The notes beneath the pieces are model-generated. The model ran no database searches. It saw only the letters and a list, made by a program, of their open reading frames with translations, and was not told where the DNA came from. A DNA stretch of 62,861 nt, the filler included, from Lenisia limosa (taxonomy: Eukaryota; Protista; Breviatea): assembly GCA_001655205.1 (NCBI GenBank). It is 12 parts of 12 records of this genome, joined end to end, with 100 filler letters (N's around TTAATTAATTAA, not from the genome) between each part and the next. Parts side by side here need not be neighbours in the genome. Positions count along the whole stretch, not along the records: positions 5,828 to 27,930 come from LPNZ01003542.1; 11 more parts are not named here. One strand, written 5' to 3'. Both the position numbers and the translations under genes were made by a program. This document shows positions 12,014 to 25,800 of the stretch, piece by piece (positions within the stretch are counted from its first letter, which is position 1; each line of letters starts with the position of its first letter).

Positions 12014-15000
12014 ATGAGACAGATTTTTTCCCTTTTCAGCCTTTTATTCGCTTTGCTTGCAGCTCCTTTTGGTCTTGCATTTGTTCACGACAGCAGTAAT
12101 CGCTTTGTGACAGTGGGTTGGGAGTTCGGTAACAGTGGAGATGAAGCAGCAAGTCGTATCACGGCTCTTCTTCAATCTTCTTTGATTGTTTTGTTTTGTT
12201 TTGGGGAAATAATGCTTTGTTTCTTCGTTTTTTTTTTTGGATACATGCCCATTTGTATTATTTTCTTCACATAATCGGAATTATTGATAACTCGTCTAGG
12301 AAGATGCAGTGATAACAGGCAGCCTTTCGTCCCCAGAAATAAACCAGATCAGTAAGGTAAGCAAATGACACTTCTGCTTGTCAGAACTGTATTCATCATC
12401 AATATTAATTTCTCTTTCCAACCCCATTGGCTTTAAAAGAAAAATAGTTTTTGAATTAAATTCGGGTGACTTGGCGAAAATTAGTTTTAAACAACAGTAA
12501 CCATGAAGTTTCTTGTTTGATCCAATTAACCATACTCAGCACATCAGCTTACCATACTCAGCACATCAGCTTCACAGAAGTTACTGAGGCTGACTGCACT
12601 ATTGACACCCCTTTCAAAACAGGGTGGGAATAACAAAACTTGCTATTAATGAATCGAAAGCTGCCAGTGTGATATTGGGAATTAAATCCGAGGAGGATTA
12701 AATCTTAGATTTTATTGCTTAGATTGTCTCTACTTCTGAAAACTTACAACCCCTCCCCCCAGATTTGTGGGATCCAAGCACGTGACNNNNNNNNNNNNNN
12801 NNNNNNNNNNNNNNNNNNNNNNNNNNNNNNNNNNNNNNNNNNNNNNNNNNNNNNNNNNNNNNNNNNNNNNNNNNNNNNNNNNNNNNNNNNNNNNNNNNNN
12901 NNNNNNNNNNNNNNNNNNNNNNNNNNNNNNNNNNNNNNNNNNNNNNNNNNNNNNNNNNNNNNNNNNNNNNNNNNNNNNNNNNNNNNNNNNNNNNNNNNNN
13001 NNNNNNNNNNNNNNNNNNNNNNNNNNNNNNNNNNNNNNNNNNNNNNNNNNNNNNNNNNNNNNNNNNNNNNNNNNNNNNNCAGCAGTTGCTGGCTACTCCA
13101 GAGCCACGGATTTTGGAACAATTGCCCTGAATGGTAAAAGGATCTTCTTTTGGTGCTGTGTGTGTATTAAATTATATGAGCATGTATGATAATACCGTCT
13201 AATTCTTTGTTTTCTTGATTAAATAATCTTATACACTATGTATATCTTAATTTTAGAAGTAATATTTTTGTAAAATGTATTTTGTATCCTTCTTCAGTTA
13301 CCATTTAGGGTCATACTATGCAATCCGCTATTTTTACAGTATGTTGGGTGGATTCATCCAAAGCACTGGAGTGTTCACAGTACCAAGTGATGGTACCTAC
13401 CTGTTCTCTGTTGATCTCTGGGCTTCAACGTAAGAGGTTAACTATTTTTCTGTCTGCTTTGATTGAATGTGATTTTTTGGAATTTAATATCTAATTATGA
13501 TCTCTACTTTATTGTTCAAGTTTTACTTATTTAGAGTTGCTGAAGCAACCATTGTTGTTGATGATATTCTGCCTGAGTTTGTTCCGAGTATCAGAGAGTC
13601 TGTTGTCAATGGAACTTCTTATGCAAGTTGGTTACGCTTTCCCGAGAGAGTTGATAATTACTTGTTCTAACATAGTTTTTATTTCCCCTCCACAAATCCC
13701 CCGACTTTCCCGATCCCATGATAGTTTTCTTCATTTACTCTAACAGATTTTAATGTGGTTCTGTCTCTCAAAGCAGGCCAAACAGTCAGTGTTCTCTCAC
13801 ATGACAGTTACCTCCCAGACAAGGTAAAGGGGAATTGTTTCAGGTCGAATAAGATGATTATTGAGAGAGTGTTTCTCCAGTGGGCGCCTTTTCAGCTTTA
13901 GTTAACTTCATTCCATGCACTCCTACAAGCTTTTAGTTCACCTAAGGTTGCCAATTTATTTGCAGTAACTTCTATTGAAACTGGGATAATAGTAATTTAG
14001 CTGTTGTAATGGATAACATCCTCCAAACACTCGACGGAAAGGAAACTCCACAACTCAATCTCATCATTCAGGTCCATTTCACTATCATTGAGCTGGTTGA
14101 GGAAACGTCGCCGTTTGGTGGGTGGGGGGTGGGGTGGCATCCGCTGCAGTATCAGTTTTGAAACACAATGTGTGGACCATGATATCGTTGACAGAGTGGA
14201 CAGTGGAATTTCCCACGGGACCATTGAAGTGTAAGTGGCTCCATATTGCCCCCGATCCTGGACCCTTACACTCATTATCAACACCGTGAAATAATGCTTC
14301 AGAAGCGCCAGTGGAACTTTTGGCCATGTCATGCAGTGGAGTCGCCGCGAACTATGAGCCCAGATTCAACTGCAGTGCTAATGAGTGGGAGGTTGATTCA
14401 ACTACAGTGCATAAGAGGTGTATACATGCTCGTTTCCAATAAATGAGATGATTAGAAGGACTGCTCTTAGTTTCAGTACTATTGATTTTTGGAATTAAGT
14501 GTAATTCATGTATTGTCACCAAGAAAGCTCATAAGCCTCCAGATATGGTATGCCCTTGAGCCCCTTCCTCGACACTGACACAGGCGTTGTGACAATCCCG
14601 TCTTCTGGTGTCTATCTCATCACCAGCAAGTACCTTGGATGCTCTGCGTGAGAGGAAAGAGATTTGTTGGGATTAGTGTATCGCTGAAAATTGACTTGGT
14701 CTTTCTTAGAGAGGATGGGTGAGAAGGAATTTCAAACATGGATAACTTTTTCCAGTCGAATGTTACCCAATTATTTCACCCAACAGTGGAGGGAGGCACT
14801 GGATGTCAATTAAAAGAGCAACCACGAGGTACGAAATTAACGACTACTCAACCACTGTCACTGAGGGTTGGTGTGGCTTTTCTTGGGATGTTGCTACTTC
14901 AAATGGTCTTGTTTGAGCAAAATAATTATCAATTTTTAGAACGAATTCCTTTTGCCTCAACAACAATTCTCTTCCACAAAGGTGACCAAATTACCCTTCT

Positions 15001-16267
15001 CGGTATGTGCCTTTCTTGAGTCATCGGAAGGTCCAGAAAGACAGTGGTTTATTAAAAGATTATCAAGGAACATATTTCACAATAGGAAATCCTGCAAAGA
15101 TCCACTTATTTATCTATTCTATGATTATGAATGCTGGAGTTTAGTATTATTCCATAGATATCAATCGGTGTGATGGGAAATGATGATTTGTGGGTCTGCG
15201 ATCATCATACAATATAATACCAAATAAACGTATGACTTTTGTCTGCCATCCTTGCACTGACTGTTTAGGGCACTGTCTGCCATCCTTGCACTGACTGTTT
15301 AGGACACAATTCTGTCTGCCAAGCCCCGCTTTCATTTTCATTTAGCAAGGTCTCTTCTGACACTGGAAATAAAGGTGGGCTCTGGGGCTCAAGACATATT
15401 ATCACTCGCTAGGAAATTTATTAACGAGTTTTGGTGTCTATTTCAGCAGCCTCAAAATGAGAACATTCTTTCATTCTACTCAATAGCTTTTCAGTTGTAA
15501 AGTCATATGGCGTACTTGACAAGCAAGAGTGGAAAGCCAGTTCACGTCCAGGCATGTGGACTGTTATTTTACCAAAATCGTTCCAAGAGTGAGCTGGTGG
15601 TTCACTACACTTTTCAAGCCATTTAAATAAAGCTCGGTTTGTCTTACCTCCTCCTTTGTCATGAAGCCCTTATTTGCTTAGACTATCATCTTACAAGAAC
15701 TACCCCATCAAGGACAATTACGGTCTTTCAGCGTCACAAACAGGCATTTACGCCTTGGCCGTTGAGTTCCGAGTGAATCAATCGTAAGTCATGTCTCTCA
15801 TGAACTAAAATTTGAACACTCAGCTTAGCTTCACGCTTTACCCATTTTTCAACCATAACTTTTTGCTGTATCTTCCCATATCTCTTAAAATTATTCACCT
15901 CTCTACCCCATCTCCATGTTATTGGATACCTTATCTTCCCCCNNNNNNNNNNNNNNNNNNNNNNNNNNNNNNNNNNNNNNNNNNNNNNNNNNNNNNNNNN
16001 NNNNNNNNNNNNNNNNNNNNNNNNNNNNNNNNNNNNNNNNNNNNNNNNNNNNNNNNNNNATTGGCATAGGAATGGTTAATAAAACGTCTTATTCCTCACT
16101 AATTATAAAACAAACAAGAGATTAAGGACAAGGATCCTATCGTCATCAGTATCGAAAAGAGAGGGCTTCGCCAAATCGAGGATTATCTTGAGGAGTTATT
16201 GAGATTTGCGACTTTAAGAAAACACCAAATTATAAACCATGTTGCAAGAGACAAAGAGGAACAATAA
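12014..16267 (+). CDS. Secreted protein with two to three C1q/TNF-like beta-sandwich modules (one gene or adjacent paralogues)
   Basis: Signal-peptide-like start MRQIFSLFSLLFALLAAPFGLA; exon motifs STGVFTVPSDGTYLFSVDL and VVLSLKAGQTVSV (13330-13822), DTGVVTIPSSGVYLIT and TILFHKGDQITL (14570-15003), QTGIYALAVEF (~15740-15770); the exon chain between them is only partly resolved. Confidence 0.6.
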
Positions 16268-16874
16268 ATTTCCTATCACATTGTCATCGCTACTCTTGTT
16301 TTATTTGCATATGATACAAACGTTCATGTAACTTTTTATCGTTTTGTTCAAAAGTCATTGGTCACATTGGACAGGTTGTTGATAGCCACGTCTTCAAAGA
16401 AGCTTATGGTGGCCGTGTCACAAGTGAGATGGTTGAGAAAGAATTTTTTGAAACTTAAATCTCTCTCTTATAATCTTTCTATCACATTGCTCTACTATAA
16501 AAACGTCTTCATGCATTCAGCGCGGGTGTTCTTTGTTCAGATGGGCCTCTTTAATAGCGTAACTCTAGAGGTATGGGGGAAGCGAAATCATGTCATTTCG
16601 AATACTGAATTCGAGTTCAATGGGAGAGGTCCATTTCTGTACGTTTGCTTGACAGGAGACACAGCTGATCGCCTAGGTCTCCGACGATGCCTTCGATCGC
16701 TATGTGGCAATCAGCTACAGCTTGACGCTTATGAACTACGTCTAAGAATCTGAATAGCTTTTGTACTCTATTTATACCTGTTCAGTTTTACGACAGTCCG
16801 ACTTTCCCGGGTACATCAATATATAAGGGAGAACATTAAAAATATACCAAAATAAAATGTTTTTCAATCCCTCT

Positions 16875-19800
16875 TTAAGCGGCAACAGCTTTGTTAGATT
16901 TTGAAGTGCAAGCAGCGACCATGGTCTTCTGAAACGAAAGGAGGAATACACAACGTATCCGGCGAACATCTGTGGATCTGCACTGCCCTGGTTAGAATAG
17001 GTGAACTGCTCGAATATTGATTGTGCAATGTGGGAGACCAATTGGGTAGTGTTTTATTTAATTTCTCGATACCGCATCACACAATGTATCATATACAATA
17101 ATACATGAAACCTTGAAACATAGTTTTCAAAACGTAAACAAAAACCTAGCACACGTAACCTTTAAGAATCCAAAAGAAGAAGACGAGAAGCAAGACACTA
17201 ACAAACATGAACAGCGAATACATGCCGGTCATGACCCCTGTCTTTTGGCTGACGTCTGACGTTATCACAGCGTCCAGGGTTACTGGCGGCTCTGGGGGGG
17301 GGGGGGNNNNNNNNNNNNNNNNNNNNNNNNNNNNNNNNNNNNNNNNNNNNNNNNNNNNNNNNNNNNNNNNNNNNNNNNNNNNNNNNNNNNNNNNNNNNNN
17401 NNNNNNNNNNNNNNNNNNNGATGAAGCAGACTGTGAACCAAATTTCTCAAAATGAGTTTTAAAAGACCAACCAGGCTCCTTGTTTATGGAGGATTCTGTC
17501 GGCTGAATGAAGAATGATGGACTAGAACTGATCTCAATCGGCCGGGCTACCTACAGCAATGAGACCGTGTCTTGATGACATGAGGGGGTTGGATGTATAG
17601 ATTAAACTGAGGGGAGTAATAATACACTATCATTATCTCCGACAAGGTTGGTGTGGATTCGTCAAGATTATGAAGTCTCATTTCTTTGCATCTCCACGTA
17701 CTGACGGCACGTCAATAGCGACCGCCTGCCCCCCGGGTGGCAAAGTGGACATCAGAAGAGTGGCCACGTCACCCGGCGGGATGCTGACAACTGTCCCCGA
17801 TATGGAAGGTCTGGCTGCCTCGGGACGGATGGGGGCGGCTGCGCATGTCAGAATTATGTGGAAAGCTACTTTGTTCGAGATTGGTTGATGATACTCTTTC
17901 CCCCTGCAAGTTTCAAGCATCAATCAAAAACCATCACCCTCCCCCACCCTGCATTTTGAAGTAGACATTGAGGTCTTCCTGGTTCTGCTTCCACCCAGGA
18001 TTACTTAATTCCTTTGTACCTACACGTGTCAAATGCTCAAATGTAAGGGGGCTATCAAGCTCAAAATGACTAATCTCCTTCATGATCTCCAACAGGAAGC
18101 TGTGAGATTGACGTTCCAAAATGAAGATTAGAGGAAATACTAAGACCCAAGCAAGGAGTAGTACAATATGAAAAGGTCATAGTATCCTTGTACTCTTTTA
18201 CATGGGAAGGCTCCCCTTTGGTCCAACATAATCATGTGTATATCTTCGATGAAAATGCCATTTCCTGGTCTTTGGCCCTCCTACCATAGTTTAGGTTAGA
18301 GAGTGTCACGTCGGAAACAGACATGCCGGCGGAAAGTAGAGCACTCACGTCCACGTCAACAGCGCTTTGGCCATAGTTGTGCAACCGCAGCCCCGTACTA
18401 AGCGCGTTAGGGGGGGGGGGTAAAATTGAAAAATTTTATGAAACAAAAAACCGAAATCAACTCTGTTGGCTGACAACACACAAGTGTTGATAACAACAAA
18501 ACANNNNNNNNNNNNNNNNNNNNNNNNNNNNNNNNNNNNNNNNNNNNNNNNNNNNNNNNNNNGACGTATGGTGGTTAAACACCCTCCTTCCTCACTTGAA
18601 AGCCATTGAACTGAAGTGATGCCAACAAACTATACATCACCCTCCCCACCCTTCCCGCCCATGTGTACGAGGGGACATCGTCAGGATCCGAACATTCTCA
18701 GGGAGCTGTATGGTTTAGAAACTCACTCGAGGGCTGAGAAAAAGACACAGATTGTTTCTTAAGAAATAAAAGATTGAAATCTGCATTCTTTGAGAACCTC
18801 AGATTACGTAAAGCGTCATTATACATAAGGCAGGAAAGATTCAATTTAGTTCAGTTCCCTCCAACCGCACTACCCAAGACGGAGTTCTGTTGGATGCTGT
18901 TGGTAACGTCTTCAGCTGAATGGATCAAAAAATGGGCCTCTTATTACACAGGCAGGAGAAGAATGCTTTAATTGAGGCTGCTATCCCAATGTTATAAAAT
19001 ACCTAAACGTTGTGCTATCCGTGTTATGTCAGCTCACGGTCCGAAAAACAGCAGTAGAATATCGATATTAATCTAGGATTTATCGAGTAATCGAGACGAG
19101 TTAAGGTAAGCCCTGACAGGAATCATACCCCCTCACAAGTGGTGTAAACCCGAGGCTTGTCCCTGACAGCAGCAATGGCCGGGTACATGCGCGCCTCTAT
19201 TTCGGCCTTGTCACCTAGCATCACAATGTAGTTGTTCTGAGAACGGTCATACTAGTCGCATGGGTTCAAAATGGCTCGCTTTTTCGCTTTGTGAAGATAT
19301 ATAATCACTATACGAAGAAGACATGTCAGTTTACAATTTAAAATTTCCACATACACACACACATACACACACGTGTTTATGGACCCCTCGATATAATGAT
19401 TCCATTGCACTTCCACTCACAGTCACGGGGTCTGTATCTCGCGCTATTTCGGACAGACCTCTCCAGTCATCCTGGACTATAAACTAAAGGTTCTGGTGCA
19501 GAAAAAGACAAAAAAATCCGACGATATTTTGTCCTCTAAACACATGGTGTTGCAACAGCTCACTTGTTTGAAAGCACGGTGCAGCATGAAGGATATCTGC
19601 CCCTCCCCGTAATGAACTCCCTCCTAAAGCGGTTAAGCGGAACCCAATCCTTTCGACTTGCCCCCAGCGCACTACATAACCCTATCTAGCAAAAATATAA
19701 AAAATGAAATTGGGTTTTTATTGTATTGAAATGTATCACAGCCGATGAAGATTGCATATCCCTGCTAAAAGCCTACTGGCACGAAGGTCACGAGGCCAAG

Positions 19801-22800
19801 AGCCTGGGTTGACGAATGCATTATGGCCGCACTGGTGGTGAAAATAACGAGAATGTTCAACGTATTTGTGATAAAATATCTTGTGTTATAAGGAGAAACT
19901 ATGGGCGGCATAATTATTGACAATTTCGTATGGTAAAAGATTGTNNNNNNNNNNNNNNNNNNNNNNNNNNNNNNNNNNNNNNNNNNNNNNNNNNNNNNNN
20001 NNNNNNNNNNNNNNNNNNNNNNNNNNNNNNNNNNNNNNNNNNNNNNNNNNNNNNNNNNNNNNNNNNNNNNNNNNNNNNNNNNNNNNNNNNNNNNNNNNNN
20101 NNTGCGTGGGGTGAAAGTCAATCCGCTATCTGAAATGTGAAAAAGGCTGTTTAAGGCTCATTGATTGGTTGTTGTTGTATGGTTTATTTCGGGATTCTAC
20201 CCATGGAAATTTGTTACACCCTTTATATCTCCCCCCCCCCACCCGTTCTGAGACCGGTGTTGTGCAGGTCCGTTTCAATTGTCACAAAGAGCTCGTTGTT
20301 AACTGCGATGGTGGTGAAGACGGTGACATTGATATTGATGAGATGTTTGATACTACGAGGGGCAANNNNNNNNNNNNNNNNNNNNNNNNNNNNNNNNNNN
20401 NNNNNNNNNNNNNNNNNNNNNNNNNNNNNNNNNNNNNNNNNNNNNNNNNNNNTGTCTTCAATTGCTTTATCACTCTAATTGTTGCTATTTTGTGCAATAT
20501 TAGTGCAATGTATCTCAAGTATTGATCAGGAACCGAGTGTACAATAATTGAGCATTTTACATTTAAAACGTATTTCTCTCTTTTAGAGGGTTATATTTTG
20601 AGATTGTTTATAGAAAAACTAATAAAAATCAGTATTTTCAAAAACCGCTCGCGGTTCCGGTAGTGCTCGCGGTTTTGATAGGATATCATTACTCAGTACT
20701 TACAAAAACATTATATCGTTAACATCAGAAAAAGCACCCACTAATTGGCGAGGCGGTAACTGTCATGTGAGGCGACCGTTGCTCCAGGGGNNNNNNNNNN
20801 NNNNNNNNNNNNNNNNNNNNNNNNNNNNNNNNNNNNNNNNNNNNNNNNNNNNNNNNNNNNNNNNNNNNNNNNNNNNNNNNNNNNNNNNNNNNNNNNNNNN
20901 NNNNNNNNNNNNNCCTGTGGTTTGCTGTTTTTAAGCATCATTCGTTGAAGAGAAGTCGCTGACATACCTTGCGAGTTGGAGTGTGACGGTCATTGGAGAT
21001 CCCTGCGAAACTGCCTGTTGAACAAGTGTCCCGCTGAATACAACGACCTTAGATACCGTGTGCTCTGAGGGGGGGAGGGGTTAATGGATCCTGTCAAAAG
21101 TAGAGGAATCATGGAGGAAAGTATTTTATTGTACTACCTATTCTGAGATTGGGAGGGACAATGAAAAAAACAATGATTCAATTTCATAGGAATCATGAAG
21201 ATTTGATGTGTAATCCCGGTCCCTTGGTCCAACAAATTACCCTGCAAACTCTGGGTACCGTCCGGGTACATAACATAGGTGCCGGACTTGGTGCTGAAAT
21301 GTGACGCTGGTAAAAGGGCCCGTTGTAAACAAACGACTCAATAGAAGAGGGGGGCAATATAAAAAAGATTGTATGAGTGAACAAAGAATAGGTTCGCACG
21401 TTTTATAGGCCCAGAGAGAGTACACGAATTTTGAGGGTTCTTCATTGACAGCAGTGATGGTAACAGGAAGGCAGGAAGGGCCATAGTGGATCTGAAGGGT
21501 CAAATGATCGGGAAGAGGCACAATAGAACCCGAATTGCTATTCAAAATGGTGTTCTATCTGTAGCATTTTGGATAGAATGATCGAGGAGACTGGAAGAAA
21601 CAATATTATCAGAAAAGCGCCGTCTTCCTTCGCCTACCTCGAAGGCATCACTCTTGATGGAAACGTCCTTGACTTCTGAACTCAAATGAAATGTTGTGGC
21701 AAAATGTGAATAATATTGAGTTTATGTAACCAAAGAGTAAAAGAGGGAGTATTGAGTCCATGTGAGAAATCTATAGAATATCACGGAGGAAAGGAGTAAA
21801 GNNNNNNNNNNNNNNNNNNNNNNNNNNNNNNNNNNNNNNNNNNNNNNNNNNNNNNNNNNNNNNNNNNNNNNNNNNNNNNNNNNNNNNNNNNNNNNNNNNN
21901 NNNNNNNNNNNNNNNNNNNNNNNNNNNNNNNNNNNNNNNNNNNNNNNNNNNNNNNNNNNNNNNNNNNNNNNNNNNCGGATTTCTGTGTCACCGTCAAGAC
22001 TTGGACACCTACGTGATGTTAGCAACGTGTCAAACAACTAATTTCCATATTGAGAGTACCCTCTCACTATGGCCGTTTAGTTTTCAATTCCTGTTTAAGA
22101 TAATCTCACAACGGTTGTTTTAATAATCACCCCACCAAGAGCCGGGACCGCAACTGAGACATAGGCTGTGAGGCCACTGGGAAGGTTGTGCGTCTCGGAA
22201 GGAAGAAATGAACTGTCGGAAGTGAACTCCAGTTCCGACGATGCCGTTCCGAAGTCTAAAAGGCCTTGGTAGGGGTACGAGGCGGAATTGGTCAAAATGA
22301 GCGTGAGTGGCTGTGGGGTCAGATACGGTCGCTTTAACGACAATAATTATCGTCAAAGAATGTGTTTAGATTAAAAGATAAAAACACTCAGAAAAGTTTT
22401 CAGGCACCCTCCCCCCAACAAGGTCTTTGAGTACTCCGTTGAAGGGTGTGATGTCGTTGGTTGTGGTGTTGAAGACGGCCAAACTGACGCCAGGCGCTGC
22501 GGCAGAGTCGAAGACTGTCCGGTCATCCAGATCAGGGAAATGATGGTGGAATGAGAGGGAAATGAGAGGGGAATGAGAGGGAAATGAGAGGGAAATGATG
22601 AGTGAGGGGAAGGGAGATGAGTGGACTGACGGGAAAGAAGAGTAAACAATAAAAGTCACACGCGTGTGAAATTAAAAATTAAAGTAACAGAAGAAAATAA
22701 AGCAATCATAGCACAACACTACAGCATGAAGCCTACCCTTCTCCGCTTCTTGGAGTTTTCTGACATAATCGGCAATGACGGCTTTGCGGCAGGTTCTGAG

Positions 22801-25800
22801 GAAGTAAAGGAGATGTAGACCGAAAAATGTTTGCGAATTAAGAGTCAAGGGTCTCTACTAGCGATGGAGATGCCTAAACAAGAGACCCCTTTTGTCCAAA
22901 ATGGCAGCTCTCTTTGTCCAAAATGGCAGTCACAGGGCCCCGGAGCCCACCCCGTAATAGCGTCATGGTGCTGCACAAGGGCAACGTCTCCCGCTGCTCC
23001 CGTCCAAGGCCCAGGCAATGGCGAGGCATGCGCGCCAGCAACCGAGGCAAATACCTGTGCGGTGCGCTGGGCTGCCTCGGCCTCACGGACGGACTTCTTG
23101 AGATTCGGTCTTGACGTGTAGTAGCCTAGGTTGTGAGAGGACGTGGTGCAAAACCAAAATGACATGAAGGTGGTTTAATGATCAGATAACAAACTCAATA
23201 GCTGTATTGGTCAAAATTGGTGACAAGAAAATGGTGTTGTTCCCCAAAATTTGCTCTTTAGCTTCATGTCATAACTTCTTTGACTACTACCAATGTGGAA
23301 AGTGAGGTCGGCTGTCATTTCCTGATGGGATCAAATATGGGGTACTCTCTCCGTTGAGACTGCCATGGCAACGCCTTAGGTTAGGACCTTGGTCAACAGT
23401 ACCTATGTATATTACCCAATTCCTTCAGGAAGTGGGGGGGGCATCTCTCAATCAGGCTTAAATATTCCAAATACTCAGTGTATCTCACTGAAGGACGTTT
23501 GCGACACTTGCACTCATAAAAACTCCCATTTTTATGGCCCCAGTTCAACACCACGTTGACTGCTGCCTGGTCAACCCACCGATGAAAGGCCCGATCTATT
23601 CTCTTCCTACAATAAAATCAATTGCCGAATATGTCTGACCCTCAAGTGCTTGTAGTGAAGTCTGCACCGCCCCCGCTTCCCCCTCCACCTCCTCCTCCAA
23701 CTTCCAAGGTCGTGATGAAGCCCTTGCAGCTCAGTATTGTACCATCATCCATCAATCTCAGCTCATGCTTGTGGTCCTTTACATCACAAATAGAATAGCA
23801 AATTTTCGCCCCAGTACGTCTGCTTGTTGTTTTGGATGGCTGTTGTTAATCACAACCACTTTATATGTTCAGAAAACCTCCAGGATGAGTTGGCCCTTCT
23901 CAAACGGCAACTCAAGAAAGAAACTGAAGAGAGCGGGCGAATGGTTGGCTCAACACTTCCTTGTCTCAACCAAAAGGTAGAATCTCTTGGTATATACTAC
24001 GTTCAGAGAGGAGGCAAGCCCTAACCGATGAAGAACGCCAGGCAGAAGATGACGCCAGGATGACGGGCCCGGCAAAAACTAGCAAAATGCTGGGCGCAAT
24101 TGCTGCCGCAGCCGCCATTTAATGTGCGTGGAAATTTGATTACCAATGAACATGCATCAGAATTTAATTAATTTTACCGATATCGCAATAATGTTGTTTG
24201 TGTATTTGCTGTCGTCATTTTGGTTTGTTAATTTTCTAGTTGCGTCGTCTCTATTATCATTACAGCTTAGCTTGCTACGTTCTTAATCCCTTCAGAGAAA
24301 AGCAGCAACAGAGTTCCCACTGCACGCACTCAGAAAAGAGAAAGAATAATTCTTGTTTGCTGAAACTCTTGGTTGTTTAAAATTTTTCAGTCTTTTCCAA
24401 CTGACCTTACTATTCTACAAACTCGTCATACCTATTCTGCAGATCCCCTTACAGGCTAGCTTCTGCTCCACAACACATGACGGATGCAGCCTTCGTCATT
24501 AACGTTTGTTTGAAACGGATGGACTTTTTTGAGACATTGACTGCATTTACTGTGGAGCTGAAGGCAACAGAGAACCAGTTATTAATAGTAATGGATAGCA
24601 TTCCGGAAATAGGATTGTAGCCTGGGTGTCTTCTAACATTGCCAGGCCGCAACATTCACGTCATTCTTGACCCGGCCTCATGTTCAGAATTTTGCCGGAG
24701 CTCTACTGGACAGCCACCTTGGCAACGAAGAGTCGGAAAATGATATGGAGTATTTCTTGTGAAGTTTTCTATTGTGTTTTGTCTGATATCATAGATATGA
24801 TAAAGCTGTCCACAATTGTCTGATTTCTGGCGAATCCATTGTTAATTTAACTCATGAAATTAACGTTGATTGATATGGCAATTGCCGTAGAACTGTTGTG
24901 TTTTGACTGATATCACAACATATCATATGATAAAGCTGTCGCACGTGTTGCTGATTTATGGTAAAACCATTGTAAATTTCCTAACCATCCCAGCGTTCTC
25001 CCAACCCCGGTTTTATGTTAGATCTTTATCAAAATTCGGATTGTCCCTTTCAAGGCAGTGGATGGTGTGTTACTATACTCTTAAGATTTGATTATTATGT
25101 TGATGAATTGTGAGTGATATTCTTAAATTTGTCAAAAAAAAAAAATTGACGAATGGTTTTGTTTGTCTAAATTAACAGTGCCCTTTCCGAAAAAAAAAAA
25201 AACAGNNNNNNNNNNNNNNNNNNNNNNNNNNNNNNNNNNNNNNNNNNNNNNNNNNNNNNNNNNNNNNNNNNNNNNNNNNNNNNNNNNNNNNNNNNNNNNN
25301 NNNNNNNNNNNNNNNNNNNNNNNNNNNNNNNNNNNNNNNNNNNNNNNNNNCCGCTGTAGAATGGAAACTCGATGTCCTCCTTCTATCATCGTCAAAAAGG
25401 CTTCAATCCAAAATGCACCAACCTTGAGCTCGGCAAAGTACTTTGAAGGAGTGGAGTAGCGCACTTCGATATTGTGCTCGGGGTGGTCATTGAAAAACTC
25501 TGAATGGTCAAAGGGGTCGCTTTCATTCATATCCTCATGAGTAAATGTAGTTGGTAAAAATATAATACACTAAGAGAAATATAAACAAAGGATGACAAAA
25601 AGAGGAACATTTAAAAGAAGCATTGAAGGACATTATTTGAGCTTTTGAATTCAAACAAGCTCCATGAACGCCCCCCTCCCACGAATGAGTTTGTCATTAC
25701 CCCCCATCTGGAAGTCTGCCCGGGTGTAAAGGAAATCGTCGCCAAAAGGAACCATGACGTGTCTGTGGAGGTAAGGGTAAAAGGAACTTGTGACGTGTCT

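Noticed and set aside
18200-21550. Exon peptides that first looked like a degenerate dynein heavy chain (LPENVRIL, NSVL, RLFTT)
   Set aside because: Alternative frames give the GH38 C-terminal motifs in the correct order (SGTYVMYP, TDSG, MLHRAF-DDWRG, LRLHN), continuous with the GH38 catalytic exons.
23420-23610. Minus-strand frame RAFHRWVDQAAVNVVLNWGH resembling a glycosyltransferase DQ-x-x-x-N motif
   Set aside because: A single short motif with no supporting exons, lying in the GH38 intron just upstream of the nested plus-strand gene; probably chance.
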